Position numbers and translations under genes: made by a program
Notes under the pieces: generated by a model
Database searches by the model: none
The model's input: the letters and a program-made list of their open reading frames with translations, nothing else
What the model was told of the DNA's origin: nothing
Assembly (NCBI GenBank): GCA_010909165.1
Contig: VJWM01000353.1
Coordinates: 1-43,489, forward strand
Origin: Anthoceros angustus
Taxonomy: Eukaryota > Plantae > Anthocerotophyta
Reading direction: 5' to 3'
Length of the DNA: 43,489 nt
Shown: piece after piece, positions 1-12,900 of the stretch
Position numbering within the stretch: the first letter of the stretch is position 1
Layout: each line of letters begins with the position of its first letter

Positions 1-119
1 CCGTGATCCAGTGAGAATTTTGATCGCTAAGACTGCATAAGTCACACCAGAGCCAATTGAAGTAGAGGAGGTGGTTGAGAGAAGAGTTGGTATGTGAGAG
101 GAAGCGAGGACCTGGAAGC

Positions 120-340
120 ACTAGTTTCGCGCGCGACGGGCCGGCGAGTCAGCCGAGGAGCAGCTGGAGAGGGCGCCTTATGAACTACCTCTATGAGGTA
201 GTGCTGGACCTTCAGCAGTGATGGATAGTAGCTCAACTTATGAAGATTCGTGAAAAGCCCACCAGAGTCTCATGGACGAAACCCAACGACGAAACGAGCA
301 AAGGGATAACTGGGGCTGTGGGCGTCTGAAGAGGTGGGAA
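120..340 (+). mobile_element. Degenerate LTR U5 fragment (F1-like), plus orientation
   Basis: AGTCTCATGGACGAAACCCAACGACG (~266-291) is nearly the reverse complement of the U5 motif at 30661-30688. GAGAGGGCGCCTT and GAGGTAGTG match the reverse complement of ~2530-2567. Confidence 0.55.
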
Positions 341-1380
341 TCTTCGTGACTGCTTGATGGGTTTGAGATCCTCACCTCAGCTACACACTCTTGGGCCTCA
401 CTTGCACCGCAATCCCTCCTCGGCAGTGTGTTCCTCCTTTTCCATCCGGCCGAACTGCCTTCTTTCTCTCCTTCTCCAACAGACGCTCAAAGCCTCCGCC
501 TCTTCTTGGAGGGTACCTTCTCCAGGAAGTCCTTCAGCTCATCTGGACGCAACATGAGTGGGGGCAGGGAGTAGGAGGATTTACATCGTTTGCATTCTTC
601 ATCCGGCTATGGAGCTCTCCCCGGTGATACCATAATTGCACTCTGCATAAGAAGAAGCGATGGGACGTAGTTTTGAAAAGAGGTACAGCTGCCAGTTAAA
701 GAAGAAGAGCCAGACCCTCCTCGGACCCCTCCTTCTTATGACTCCCTCTTCCCTTCTTCCTAGCTCACCTCCGGATTCCCCACCTCCTCTCGAGGCCCGA
801 ACCTGGATCGTTCACCCAATGTCTTAGTCCCTCACCTGCAAGCTACCTCCATCTTTCGGAGATAGTCCACTCACAAAAGTTCACCAACGCCTTGCTCTGG
901 TGGAGTATCTCTTGGATGTGGGTGGATTTGCATCACAGTTATTACACTTCTGCAACGGGATTGAGGCAGCCACAGAACCTCCTCGATAATCAAACAAGGA
1001 CTCTCCTCACGGAGAGTTCCTCAATTCCTACGGTGTGGTGAGCGAATCGAGGACCTTCAAATCGAGGGTGAGGTCGTAAATCAGGCAGCCCTCTGAAGAA
1101 TCCCAATCCACAGCGACTTGCCCTGTGAAGTTAACCGCGAGGAGGATTTTTAAGTGGGCAGCATGCCCTAGCTCGGGTTGAGTCAACCCGCAGAAAGAAG
1201 AAATACCCAGGAAGCGCAGGGTGATTCTCCAGTTAGCATGAGGATCTAATGGTTTCGTGCGCGCACAAACGCCTCGCGTTGTCGCCCATCTTCCTCTTTG
1301 CTGCCCCAAACTTCTGACATTGGACTGGGCCGAGAAACAGGCTGTGGCAAGCCCCTCCCACACCGTACATTCCACTCATG
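340..1380 (-). pseudogene. gag: Degenerate Ty3/Gypsy gag
   Basis: 740-1250 aligns with the gag at 29180-29660. ORF 1028..1375 retains the HAN, GHA and DW motifs seen in the F2 Gag (HANLED...GHAQQW...TDWEAL). Confidence 0.6.
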
Positions 1381-2372
1381 ATCATTTGGTCCGGGGGTCC
1401 GCTCGACGCATTAGGCGTAATGCCCTGACTCTTGCCGCAGGTTATCCTCAGCCATGAGTTCTGGCAGAAGCGTGGTGTCGGTTCACTGACAATTATGTGA
1501 TTTTGGGGAGAAGAAGCTAGGATGAAGATCCTCCGAGGCTTTGCGCCCCAAGACCGTGGAGTCGATGTCAAGCTGATCCTATCAAGACGCCTTTCGCAAG
1601 ATCTCCTGCACCAGTCACTCCGGAATTGTCAATCGCCACTCCTTCCTTCTTTCACCAGAGAGTGCTTTGGAGCTTAGAGGCTGAGCTAGACAGCAGCGGG
1701 TATAGTCCACGCTTGAGGAGGCCCGCATCAAAGGTTGTAGGTTGAACTTGAATCGCGCCTCCGTAAAATGGTGCCTAGGCTTTCCTCTTCACATTAGCTA
1801 ACTTCTTCAACCACATCTCCTTGTTACCAGGTGCCGGGTTGACGTCTTCTCCGTAAGCGTCCCTTCTCGGGCTGGATCACTTGGCTCCCCTTGTAGGCAA
1901 GTGGGGCAAAACGGCCTCCCTCCCTCAAGCGCCTCCTCAGCTATGACCTTCTTCCTCCTCCCGAGCCGGCGCAAACCACTGGTTAGAGCGCTATGATCCC
2001 TCCATTGATTTCTGCGAAATTCAGCCTAGATCTCTCTTGGAGTAATGTGGGGTGACCTCCCATGGTTTTTCTCCTCTCCTCGCTAAAGCATCCTCATAGC
2101 CTCCAAAGACGGGTTGTTAAGGGAAGAAAGGAATCACGCATTTTCCAACTTCCGCCATGGCGACTTGAGGCCTAGGAAATCACAAAAATCGATAATTCAT
2201 TCAGAGGCGTGAGCCCTCCTTCTGCACAACGCACAGGTCAACCCAGGGGACGTGAATATTGGCCTCCTTCCTGGACATCTCTGCCCACCTCCTCCTTACC
2301 AAAGATCCTTCCTTGACCATACCGTGCCACTAGCAACGAAAATCGTTGTGCGGGAAATTGCTGACGGGACAG
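1381..2372 (-). mobile_element. 5' leader of F1 element (between PBS and gag)
   Basis: Colinear with 17040-17890, e.g. ctatcaagacgcctttcgcaagatc vs ctatcaaggcgctccgcaagatc, and shared ggatcacttggctccccttgtaggcaag. Confidence 0.65.
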
Positions 2373-2390
2373 TCCCCGGCAACAGCTTAA
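2373..2390 (-). promoter_or_regulatory. Partial tRNA-Asp primer-binding site
   Basis: TCCCCGGCAAC at 2373-2383 is 11 nt of the PBS seen intact at 30572-30589 and sits next to the LTR end. Confidence 0.65.
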
Positions 2391-2391
2391 A

Positions 2392-4950
2392 TCAGGAGGG
2401 AGGCCTTGATCCTGGCACTCCCGAGATGCAACCCTCTAGCGGCCACACTTATCCCATCGTCGCCAGACGTTGGGTTTCGGCCCCATGAGACTTGGGGAAC
2501 TAATCTTGAGAAATCACTACCCGACTACACACTACCTCAGCCTTCTAAACAAGCAAGGCGCCTCTCACCTCCCTCTACAGCTACCCGCCGCGTAAACTCA
2601 CCAAACCTCAACCTACAACGACACCACACAATTGCGTGTCACGTCTTAACAAAGAAGGTGTCATCACGGCGCCTGGGACCCCTGACCCACACCGCAACGT
2701 CCCTACTCCTAAGACACTCTTCTCCACAGTGAGCGCCCTCTTACTTGCATTTGGGATTCGGCCCTTAGGCTCGCCTGTCCGCTTTTCCTACACTCTAATC
2801 CTCCTCACAATTTCTCTGGAACCATCCATCACTACTCTCCTTCTACTCAGTTTATCTAACCTTCATCTTTCTCCACAATCTCCTTACTCTAACACCAGGG
2901 TAGGCTCATTAATTCCAACTCGCCTTACGGCACAATCACCGGGTCCGTCCGAAATTAACGAGTTCTTCCTTGGGCCGGTTGTGTGGTTTGTACCAGATGA
3001 GAACCTCCAGAGTCTTTCCCCAGTCTACCCTCAAGCCGAGAGTTCCTTGAGCATCGCCACACACTCAAAGCAAAACAATTCACACAAAGAACCATTCACT
3101 GGGGGAGGGCGCCAGAAGAGCAAGCCCTCCGCCCAGACACTGACTCCTGTTCTCCTCTCTACCAGACATCGCTATTTGCAGCACGAAATTCGCACACAAG
3201 TGAAGGACTGAGGATGGGAGCGCAAGACACGATAATTTTACTTCACAAGCTCCTCCTTTTATAGGGGAGGTCCTCACATACAACTCGGCGCCCTGCACCA
3301 CCTCCTTATTTTAGTGTATCCTATTGTCGAATTTTAAGTTCGACATCCAAGCATCTTGGGTAAAATTCTATTCTGGATGAGTTCCACCTATGGGTGAGGT
3401 TTTAAATGGCCCCTTGAACATTCCTATTGTTCGCGAGGATGTAACATACTTCCCCATGAGGGAAGGAGTATGCCCCGCCCTCCTCTAAAGAAAAGTCTTC
3501 CAAGTGGCATCATCTGCCCCATGTCTTGCTTAATTTAAGGACTCTTTAAGAATCCCTCTTATCTTGATGCCTATCTTGAGTTCCTTCCTCCAATAAAATA
3601 GCCTGGCCTTTTGAGCTGGCTCATCCTTGTGGGACATGTCGGAAGGCAAAGAGGATATCGAGGAGCAAGTGAGCCCTTGCTCCAGCACCTACATGTTAGG
3701 AGGTTGGTCTTCCTTGTGATTCTCGGCTCCATTGTAGCCCAAGATCAACCCCTCTTCCTCCTTTCCCCGCAAGGGGTAGGTACTTGCCTCCCCCTACCAA
3801 AATCCATGCTGAGCCACTTTGAATCACGGCTCTTTCAGCCCACTGCAGTAGGACCTTCCTACCATGGTAGGGTGAAACTCCTCCTACCACTCAGGAACTC
3901 CTCCCACTCACGAACTCCTCCTCACCACTGTAGGAACTCCTCACTTACCATTTCTGAACTCCTCCTACCACGGTAGGAGTTCCTACCAGGTCGCTTTCTT
4001 CTTCCTTACCCCTCTCGGTGATTTGCACTGCGCCTTCTCCCGCTCACTGCTTCCTCAGCGATATGTCTTCACCCCGCTAATGTTGCTTTGGGCTACCCAA
4101 GTCTAAGGCTTCCTGCCACTGCATGAGGGACTTCGCCATCATCGGCCATGAGGTCCAACATCCTCCTTTTCAAAGAAGTCGCACAACCTTAGTGGCCTTG
4201 AGCACCTCACATGCTAAGATGGGTCGAACGTTGTTGTGCCATTCCACCCTTCATAATCCTCAAGCCATACACCATGCTCACACCGCCAAGCATCTCGGCC
4301 TGTGTGGCCGCCTCACCGCCTTGACATGCAGAGCCATTTCCTCGTCCCCATTCTCAAGTAGCTATGGATCAATCTTCTCAGAGGGCGTAATCACCAACCG
4401 CCCTCACCGTCACCAACAACATATGCCGCAGACCACCGCCTCATGACTTTCTTCGCTTACTTTTCCTCTAACTCCCCTATCTCCTAGGAGTTGTATTCTC
4501 CTGTCGGACTGCCCATTTCCACCCATGGATAAAATGTGTCCGCTTCCGCCTTCTTCTTCCTTCAACTCCAGCCTCCTGGCGGATTCTTTCCATGCGTCAC
4601 TCTTCTCCTACCATAGGACTCTTTCCCACACGGTAGGAGTCCCTCCACTCACTGTAGGGAACTCCTCCCACCACGGTAGGAGTTCCCACTGAGGTCATTT
4701 CTTCTTTCCTACCCCTTCCTCGGGTGACTTTCCACTGCGCTCCCCCGCCCACTGCCTCCCCGGTGCGCGGCAGTTTCTCCACCCCTCGCGAGCTGGGACA
4801 CCAAGTCTAAGGCTTCCGGTTGACCTGCATGAGGGCCTCCTATCATCGCCATGAGGTGTCCCAAATATCCTCCTCTCAGCAAGTCGCAACAACCGTTAGT
4901 GGCCTTGAGCACCTTGTTGTGAAGATGGGTTGCAAATCGTTGTCGCGGCC
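2392..4950 (-). mobile_element. F1 LTR copy (5' LTR position: U5, R, TATA and 3' part of the U3 ORF), truncated
   Basis: 2420-4600 is colinear with 38060-40170. Minus-strand TATAAAA at 3257-3263. 4610-4950 repeats ~3900-4250. Confidence 0.7.
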
Positions 4951-4954
4951 ATAT

Positions 4955-6450
4955 GATACCTTTGAGGAAGGCATTCGGCAGTCAAGCTTGGAGGCCGTCA
5001 CTGGGAGGAGAAGACTAAGAAACGAGGACAAGAAAAAGAAAGGGAAGAGGCATCACTTCAAGTTCGGCTGAAGAATTTGACGCATCGGTGACACTAACAA
5101 CCATCATCATCTCAAGGAAACCCAACATCTGGGCTTCCATGACGGGGCCGAAGCCAAGAAGCACACTGTAAGCGAGTGAAAAAGACTTGGAACATTTGTC
5201 AAGAAGAAGGAGAGAGACAAGAGAAGCGCCACAAAAGTTGCGTAGAAGGAAAAGGGGCGATGAATGGAAGGGCGTCCAGAGACACCAAATTTTGAAGATG
5301 TGATGCAACTCCGCGACATCGAGATCAAACTTAGTTAAAATCGATCGACTGACGATCCCTTCCCTACTCTAAGAAGAAGTCTTTGTAGCAACTGCCATCA
5401 CCAGCCATACGCATCAATGCCGCCTCAAGACACGGTGGGTCAATCGTGGAGTACCGGACCCCTACTACTCGTGAGAGAAGGATGCGGTGCCATGACAGAG
5501 CTCGACCGCCTCAATCCATGAGAGCCACCTATCAACCTAAGATCACCCAAAGGGATGAGGTATGGTCCCAGCAAATCACAATCAATGGAAACCGTAACCT
5601 TCTCAACGACCCTAATGTATCACCACCATTACAGCAATCGGAGCGCCTGATCATTATGCTAATGCATGTAACTAAGGCGGCATGATTGGGTACACCCCTT
5701 CCTGTCAGTCTGCAAGGCCGGACATATAGCGGAGATGCAAGATGTGGGCCCAAGACCATTCTCTGTACTGTGGTAACGATTCGCTAACCCAAAGGGTGAC
5801 AGGGAAATCCTAATCAACCTGTAAAACAACCCTCTCTGTGCCCACCCCTGGTATAAGGGAAGTAGAAGACGAACGCTGGGGAGAGAGGAGCAAACGCTGA
5901 AAGTGCAGAAGTGGACTCGCATATATCCGAGAAGACGAGTTGGTCGCACGCCGCCACTCCTGGCCAAGACCAAGGAGGGACGATAATCCGACGTCGGGAA
6001 GGATGCTAAAATTGGAAGTTCGACGGAGATGGGCGGAATCCACCGAAAGAAAAGAAGAATGCCGAGGAAGTGACAAGAAGAGAGGAAGAAACGCCGAGCC
6101 CGGACGGGCCGAGGGAGAACGATCCAGAGGCTTCGAGTTTGCACCTGACATCAACCAAGAGGTGGCGGGCATGCTCGATGCCGAATTACGGAAACTCACC
6201 TCAAGAAAGTGAGAAACGGGAACCCCGTAAAACATGGGTCAAGGGGAGTGATGATGAAGATGAACGCTACCGGGTAAGAAGAAGTAATTGCGTTGGAGAA
6301 GGAGAAGACCCCTCTCATTGAGAAGGTCACCAGCTTTGCGTAATCTCGTGGATCAAGAATTTTGTGACATTTCGACAACTCTTGTCCGACAACCCCAAGT
6401 ATCGACGATGATTCGAGAAGCGGCGAAAGGGACTCACCAATAAAAACAAA
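4955..6450 (+). pseudogene. gag: gag C-terminal region (K/R/S-rich tract, zinc-knuckle remnants)
   Basis: TFEEGIRQ...KKKKGKR tract, and C/H-rich knuckle remnants near 5390-5420 and 5700-5780 that parallel F2 28460-28840. Confidence 0.55.
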
Positions 6451-6469
6451 CGAATCACGGATGTACGAG

Positions 6470-6740
6470 TTGTGGAACCATGGATTTGGGTGCCGGAAAT
6501 ATCGGTCAAGAAACGGATGCTTGATAAGGCGGGTACCATCGCGGCCTGTGGGTTAACGATGATGGAAGAAACGCCAGCAAACTAGGATACACCAAGTTCG
6601 AACGGACACGCACCATCCTTCAATGGCGGATCGGCACGGCCACTTAGGGGGTACTTGCGGATATTCAACATTGAAGGCATTGTTTGCCTTTCGATATGTG
6701 GTCATGCTACTGGCCCTAAGGAGGTACAAGGTTGAGAGGA
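6470..6740 (+). pseudogene. pol: Retropepsin-like aspartic protease, degenerate
   Basis: Pieces DLG...LD.G...VN.MEET..KLGYTKFERTRTIL.MAD, homologous to the F2 protease at 27400-27700. Confidence 0.6.
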
Positions 6741-6999
6741 GAGATTCCTCGATGAAAGTTTTGTCGCCTTGACTGGGAGAAGAAGGAAATGGAGACGCAT
6801 CGGATAAGGGAATCCGATGAAGGAACGGCCATCAGGAAGTTGTCCTGGACGGACCAAAGGATCCGGAGCCTTAGAGGAAATGGAGCCCTCGGAAGAAAGT
6901 CATGATATGCGTGCATCTATGACAAAGAGAAGAACAACTCCACGTTGTTAGAATACATAGATTGTTTCGGCTCAAGGTAACCGAAATGACCGTATACCG

Positions 7000-7630
7000 A
7001 GGAGTTGGGAGTGCACCGAATCGACTTGAAGGAAGGAGCGACTGAGGATCAAGCAAGACGACTCAATCCAAAGTATTCTAGTGGTGAAGGAGCAATTGGA
7101 TCGATTCGGAGGCGGAGTAATCTATCCTGACTACAAGCGAATGGGTGGCACCGATTGTGATTGTGCCTAAGAAGCAACAGGGAAAGTTCGGGTCTGTGAT
7201 TTCGTGAAGTTGAATGAGGCAACTAAGAAAGACCATCACCCTTTGCCGCTTATGGATAGTGTATTGGACACTCGCAGGGCATGAGATGTACAGCTTAGAC
7301 GGGTATTCGTGATATAATCGATCACTCGAGAAAGGAAGATCAGACAAAACAACGCTTACCATCGATTGGGGACGCATATGCCAAATTACCCTTTGGTCTT
7401 TGCAATGCCCCCGCCACCTTCGAGAGTAGTGAATACCATTTTCCGAGAGTACCGAGGAAATTCATGGAAGTATTTCGGATGACTTTTGTGTGTTTGGGAA
7501 GAGAAGACTTGGGACATCTTCGCCGTTGCTTACGTATGTAGAGAAACCAATTTGAAGTTGCACCCAAGCAAATGTTATTTGGAATGACAAGGAATCTCAC
7601 TGCACATCGTGTTTCAAGCGAGGTTTGAGG
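7000..7630 (+). pseudogene. pol: Reverse transcriptase domain
   Basis: Across frameshifts: SEWVAPIVIVPKK, KLNEATKKDHHPLP, LDTLAGHEMYS.LDGY, PFGLCNAPATFE, FMEVF.DDFCVFG. Confidence 0.9.
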
Positions 7631-7649
7631 TGGATAGGAAAAGGTCGAG

Positions 7650-8235
7650 TCATCACAGATGGATGCTCAAACGGTAAGGCAAGTTCGAGCCTTCATCGGC
7701 TTGGTGATACTACAGAGATTCATCATTGATTTTGCAAAGAAGGCAAGACCTCTCACGCAACTACTGAAGAAAGATGTTCCTTTTGATCGGACGGCCGAGT
7801 GAAGCGCTTTAAGTTTGAAAAGAGCTTGGCGGCACCGTGTTGCAACCTCCCAACTGGGAAGAACCTTTTCATGTCTTTGTGGATGTATCATGCCATAGGG
7901 GCCATCCCGAGTCAACGTGATGGAAAGAAGCATGATAGGCCGATCTTCTATGCGTGGACGCCAACTTTCGGATGCGTAACGGAACTACTCCACGATCGAA
8001 AGAGAAGCTCTCGGCATCATCTATTCCTGCAAGAAATTTCGACATTATCTGCTGGCTTGCAAAGTTGTGTTCCATGTGGACCATTTCGCATTGAAGTACT
8101 TGGTAAACAAACCCGATCTATCTGGCCGAATCGCGCGATGGATACTGTTGCTGCAAGAGTTCGATTATGAGGTGGAAACACGGGCTGGGAAGCAACATGT
8201 GAACGCTGACTTCGTTTCTCGACTACGAATGAAGG
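7650..8235 (+). pseudogene. pol: RT connection and RNase H domain
   Basis: PIFYA, NYSTIERE, and ORF 8067: VDHFALKYLVNKPDLSGRIARWILLLQEFDYEVETRAGKQHVNADFVSRL. Confidence 0.9.
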
Positions 8236-8559
8236 GAAGAGTCACCAGTCTGAACGATAAGTTCCCGGATGAGGAGTTAGCCGTACGAAAGCATGATCGA
8301 AAGACGGCAGAGGCACCGCAGAAGGACGGATCGAGAAACAACGGAGCGGACTCCTCGGATAGCGAGCATGAGACGGGAGGGGACGACCAAGGACTACGCA
8401 ACCCGCGACGTAAACCCCGTGACCGTAAGGAGAAGGTGGAGGGCGTGCGTCCGACACTCATCGAACGCCGTCAAGGTATTTAGAGCATGGGGAGTTGCCG
8501 GGATTTATCAAGGAAGGAGTTGTGTTTCATACATGTATGGCACCATATTGCATCGCAAG

Positions 8560-9620
8560 GGAGTGTACAAATTGGGAGCCGATGAGGTGATTCAAGATGT
8601 TTGAGGGGAATGAGAAAGCCATGGTGATAGAAGCCTTGCACAGGAGGAAGCAGGAGGACACTATTCCGCCACAATCACAACAAAGAAGATTCTAACCATG
8701 TGGTTTGGTGGCTACATGTATAGAGATGTATGGTTATTCATCGAGTTGTGATGCTTGTCACGAACGGGAGGCCCACGCCGACGACCCAAAGGCCTCTAAC
8801 GACATCCTACCACCGCACCTTTTGAGAAATGGGGAATTGATTTTGTGGACCTATTCGACCACCAGGACCAGCGACAAGACATTCTTGCGACAGACATCGC
8901 ACAAAGATGGTAGAGGCGTACAAGGAAGGATGATGCGCCCACCGCCAAGTTTTTGTTTGAACGGATTATCACAAGGTATGGATGCCCATTGGAACTTGTT
9001 AGCGATCGAGGGACGATTTCCTCAACAAAGATAATCGAGTCTGGATCGCCTATTTCAACATTCGACAGTGAAGACTACGCCTTACAACCGAAAGCCAACG
9101 GACTCACGAGAAGACAACGGGTTACTATGCAACATTTTGACAAAAGTGACGGCTCCATATGTATGATCGATACCAAGCTACATTCTGCTATGGGCTTTCA
9201 ATCATGGAGAAGGTGACCACAAGAAGACATTATACTATCTGACATACGGTATGTCACCCGTAATGCCTGAATTTGAGGTACCAACGATAGAATTATGGAA
9301 GATGAGCGAATGACGGTGGAAGATAGTGAACAAGCCAGTTGGAAGAATTTATAAGGCATGAAGAAACTAGAGACGCCTTAGAGGAGACACAGAGTGTGAA
9401 CAGAGGAAGGAGAGGCACGATGGGAGACTTCACGTCAGACCTATAGCGGAGACTTGGTGCTCCTTTACGATAGTAGGTATTTAGATTTTCCCGGAAGCTA
9501 CCGAGATGGATGGGGCCTATGCGGGTTGTAGCATATGAAAATGGGTCGGCGCTTGGAAAGTTTATCGGGGAACTACTTCCTACAGAGTGAATGGGTGGAA
9601 GATCAAGAAGTACTTCACTC
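8560..9620 (+). pseudogene. pol: Integrase (HHCC, core, GPY/F tail); no chromodomain visible
   Basis: GGH...KKIL...W, SCDAC, PFEKWGID, FERIITRYGCPLELVSDRG, QPKANGLT, RWMGP, RVNGWKIKKYF. Confidence 0.88.
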
Positions 9621-9645
9621 GAGGATGTTTATGACGCAAACAAAT

Positions 9646-9658
9646 GGGGAGAGGAGCA
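9646..9658 (+). promoter_or_regulatory. Polypurine tract (F3)
   Basis: GGGGAGAGGAGCA is directly followed by TGTGGAACGAA, the same LTR start sequence as in F2. Confidence 0.75.
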
Positions 9659-9988
9659 TGTGGAACGAAGAATTTTGGTCACCCAAGACGCGCAGAGAGA
9701 CCCAGAGGATGGGTATTGTTCGCAGTAGGTAGTAGGTAGGTCGATAGAAATGTAGGAAGATGGTAGGACGTCCGAGGGAGTTCGGACTTAATCGAATCGT
9801 GTTCGGTAGAGAAGGGTAGATAGAAGCATCTATAGGCATGATAGGTTCCATAAAGTTCCTTGGACCATGGGAGTAGGAATATTCGGGAGAAGTTCCTTGG
9901 CCTTGAATTATTTATGGCTATATATATGCCAAATAGGGCTAGTTAAGTTGTAAATAGAAAATAGCTGCAGGAGTTTTGAACCCGACAC

Positions 9989-12900
9989 ATGGCGGCCATC
10001 GGAGGAGCGCATTAAGGCGCATGTACCGCAAACTCGTTAGCTGGTTTGAACGGGCGCAGTGAACCGGTCGGGCCGAGGGAGTAAGGAGTTGCGCTCAAGG
10101 AGGAAGGCAGTGAGGGCCTTGGCCGATTGAAGCGCGCAAGGAGGAGAGCGAACTGGCAAGCAAGGCGAGGCGAGGCTGAGGAGGCGCCAAGCAAGGCGAT
10201 GTTGAGAGGCGCCGAGGGGAAGAGCTTGCTAAGGCTACCGGCATCAAAGGCGCAAGGTGGAGAAGTTGCTGGAGGGGAGATTGAAGGGGCCAAGGCCACC
10301 TCTTGTGAGGCCGATCGCCGAGGAGCGGGAAACACTTCCCTTGCTGCCTCACCCAAACCACCACCTCTTTGCTCTCCACTCTCTTAGCCTCGATAGATTA
10401 CTCCAAACTCTCCAATTTGCTATCCTTGTGTGTGCTCCCCCTGTGCAGATGGTGAAGATAGTGAGGATGGGAAACAGGGGTACGCCCACGGGAGGAAACC
10501 TCCGCCACACCGCCCACAAAGGGAAAAGGGAAGAAACACCCAATTCCCGAGTTCGAGTGTAGGCCGCTCCAAATTTCACCTCGAGATTTGGAGGCGTTCG
10601 AGCGCTATGCGCCCGAGATGAAGATGGAATGGCTGTACTTGGTGCCTGGGTGGCACTTTGCCAGCCCTGCCTTGGTTCAGGAGTGTGCGCGACGAATGCG
10701 AGTAACCAAGGCGGACGGCCAATTCCCAGAGGATGCGACAGTCCGAAGTCATCCTGGGATGTGGAAAGTACGACATTTCCAGGATACGTATTTGATACCG
10801 GAAGCCCACAAGGGGAGGGATCATTCCGCAGTCGCCTCCAAGAATCGATCCCGAGGAGGTTATGAGTATGTTCCTACGACCAAAGGAGGAAGTATGGTCG
10901 CAAGGCAATGGCTGGAGGATCTCTTTGTTCAAGGAGCGGTGGAATCGCCAAGATATGGGACTAACGTGCGCGCAAGGAAGACGACTGGAAATTCCCATTT
11001 AATGATGATATATGAGATGTCCTGTGAAGTTGGTGGATTGGGCCACCATCAGTATGAACAAAGCGGTTGCGCACAACCATTTGGTGATGGAGGGGAGCAA
11101 GAATCGCTTTGTCTCTACCTTCCTCGACACCTATATCGAGGGAGGAGGTTCTTACACCGACGAGTGGAAGAAGCCAAGATAGAAGCTACCCGTGAGGGTG
11201 GTGGAAGGAGAGCCATCGGCCCCAGAGGATGAAGAGAGGCAGAGCCCCGGGCAAGAGACCGCCACGCCCGAACCAACATGAGGCCTCGGGATCGTGAACC
11301 CAACAAGAGAAAGGGAAAAGAGGCCATAGAAGCCTCCTACGAGGAAGGAGGAAAGGATACGAGACCACCTACCGAGGGTTGAGGATTGGAAGGCCGACAA
11401 CACCAAGTGGAGGAGCCTCACGAGGACCTGGAGGATGGAGGACCTACGGTAGGAGCTTTACCTCCCACCAAGAGGTAGTAACGACTGGAGGCAGTGAGAA
11501 GAACGCCGAGGAGCGGTGACCTACGCACCAACGGAGGAGCAGAGGGAAGTTTTGAGAACGGCGCATCCTACAAAGGGTAGTTGGTGAGGAAGTGGGCGCA
11601 GGATCTATGGACGCCCTAGTGGACGTGTGGAGGTCAAGTTCGTGGCCGAACTCGAGACCTACGAAAGGAGCCGGAGGACCGAGAAGAAATTGAGAGGAGC
11701 TCAAAACCACCTCCGAGAAGCAACACTGCTAGATCCGCCAAAGAGCGCGACAGATGACCACCAAGTTGGTGAATGTGTGGAAATGATTGACTGTCTCTTA
11801 GGACAGAGGCAAAATCAGCCAAGAGGCCGAGGAGTTGGAAACCGTGAAGGAGGCGTGGAGTTGGAAGCCGCCCTAGCAAGGGTAGGACACATCGAGCAGC
11901 AAGGAGGAGGCAAGATTCACGCCAGCAAGGCCCTGAGACCTTGAAGACGAGAAGGACCTCCTACGAAGAAGTTAGTTGCCATGGAGCAACGGAAGGAGCA
12001 TTACAAGGGAAAATACTTTGGTGAAAGAACGACAAGGATGGGACAATGTGACCAAGGGTCACAAAGAGGAGCTCAGACACGAGAGAACTTTTGGAGCAAC
12101 AACGAAGAAGGCCGACCTTACCCACGCCTATGAGAGGGCAAGGAACCGCCGAAGGAAGTTTTGATGGCCCAACGATCTTTGGAGGGTCTTCGGTCATTCG
12201 AGGAGCAAAGCGAGGGCGATCACGCTATAGTGAAACACATGGCAATGGAAGCCATGGAGAAAGATAAGGAGATTGGGAGGCTTGCCCCGGAGTTGGAGGG
12301 AGCGGTAGTGAGAAAGAGGCCGCATTGGTAGGAGTGACAAATCAGCCGGTGGGACGAAAAGGCCATCCCACTAAGGGTCCGCATCATGGACGACAAAAGA
12401 AGGAGAGTGGTAGGGTGGCGACTACAACAACCTCCTAGAAGCGATTGAGGAACGCTCTGAGGAAGACGAAGAAACGGACCTCACTGCTCGACGCAAGTGG
12501 AATGGCACCGGAGGTCAAACTTTGAGTTGGTACAAGGAAAGGCAGTGGCTACAGCAACGAGCGAGTCAAGAAGCACCTACGGCGACGCCAGAGGGACCTC
12601 CCGAGACGGTGGAGCTTGCCGGGAGGAAGAGACCGATGGTAGGATGGTCTACCAAAGTTCCTACTGAAGGAACTTGAAGAGGAGGAGGTGACCCCAAGGG
12701 TACCTCCCAGAAACCCAGCCGTGAGGAAGGTACCCCATAGCAAGATCGAAACGTGGTAGGGGATGAACCGCCTACCAAGAAGACGAGATGAGGGGAGGAA
12801 CCCATCGAGGATGAACGAGTAGGAGGAATGGAACCTCCTACCACTGGAAGACCTACCACCAATGGGGCCGATGGGCGGCTACGCATAGTCTGGAGAAGAC
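9989..12900 (+). pseudogene. LTR-embedded accessory ORF of F3 (basic N-terminus, conserved DW...STFLxHLY domain, E/K/R-rich coiled coil), frameshifted
   Basis: ATG at 9989 follows an AT-rich block. Purine-rich coding-like strand with ORF pieces 10127, 10588 (214 aa), 11627 and 11976. Motif similarity to the F1 LTR ORF. Confidence 0.6.

Larger units (their letters stand above)
4955..9658 (+). mobile_element. F3 Ty3/Gypsy internal region (gag C-terminus to end of pol), 5'-truncated and frameshifted
   Basis: Successive Gag zinc-knuckle remnants, protease, RT, RNase H and integrase motifs on the plus strand. Confidence 0.9.

Noticed and set aside
9440-9658. Chromodomain at the integrase C-terminus
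   Set aside because: pol ends shortly after the GPY/F region and is followed at once by the PPT.
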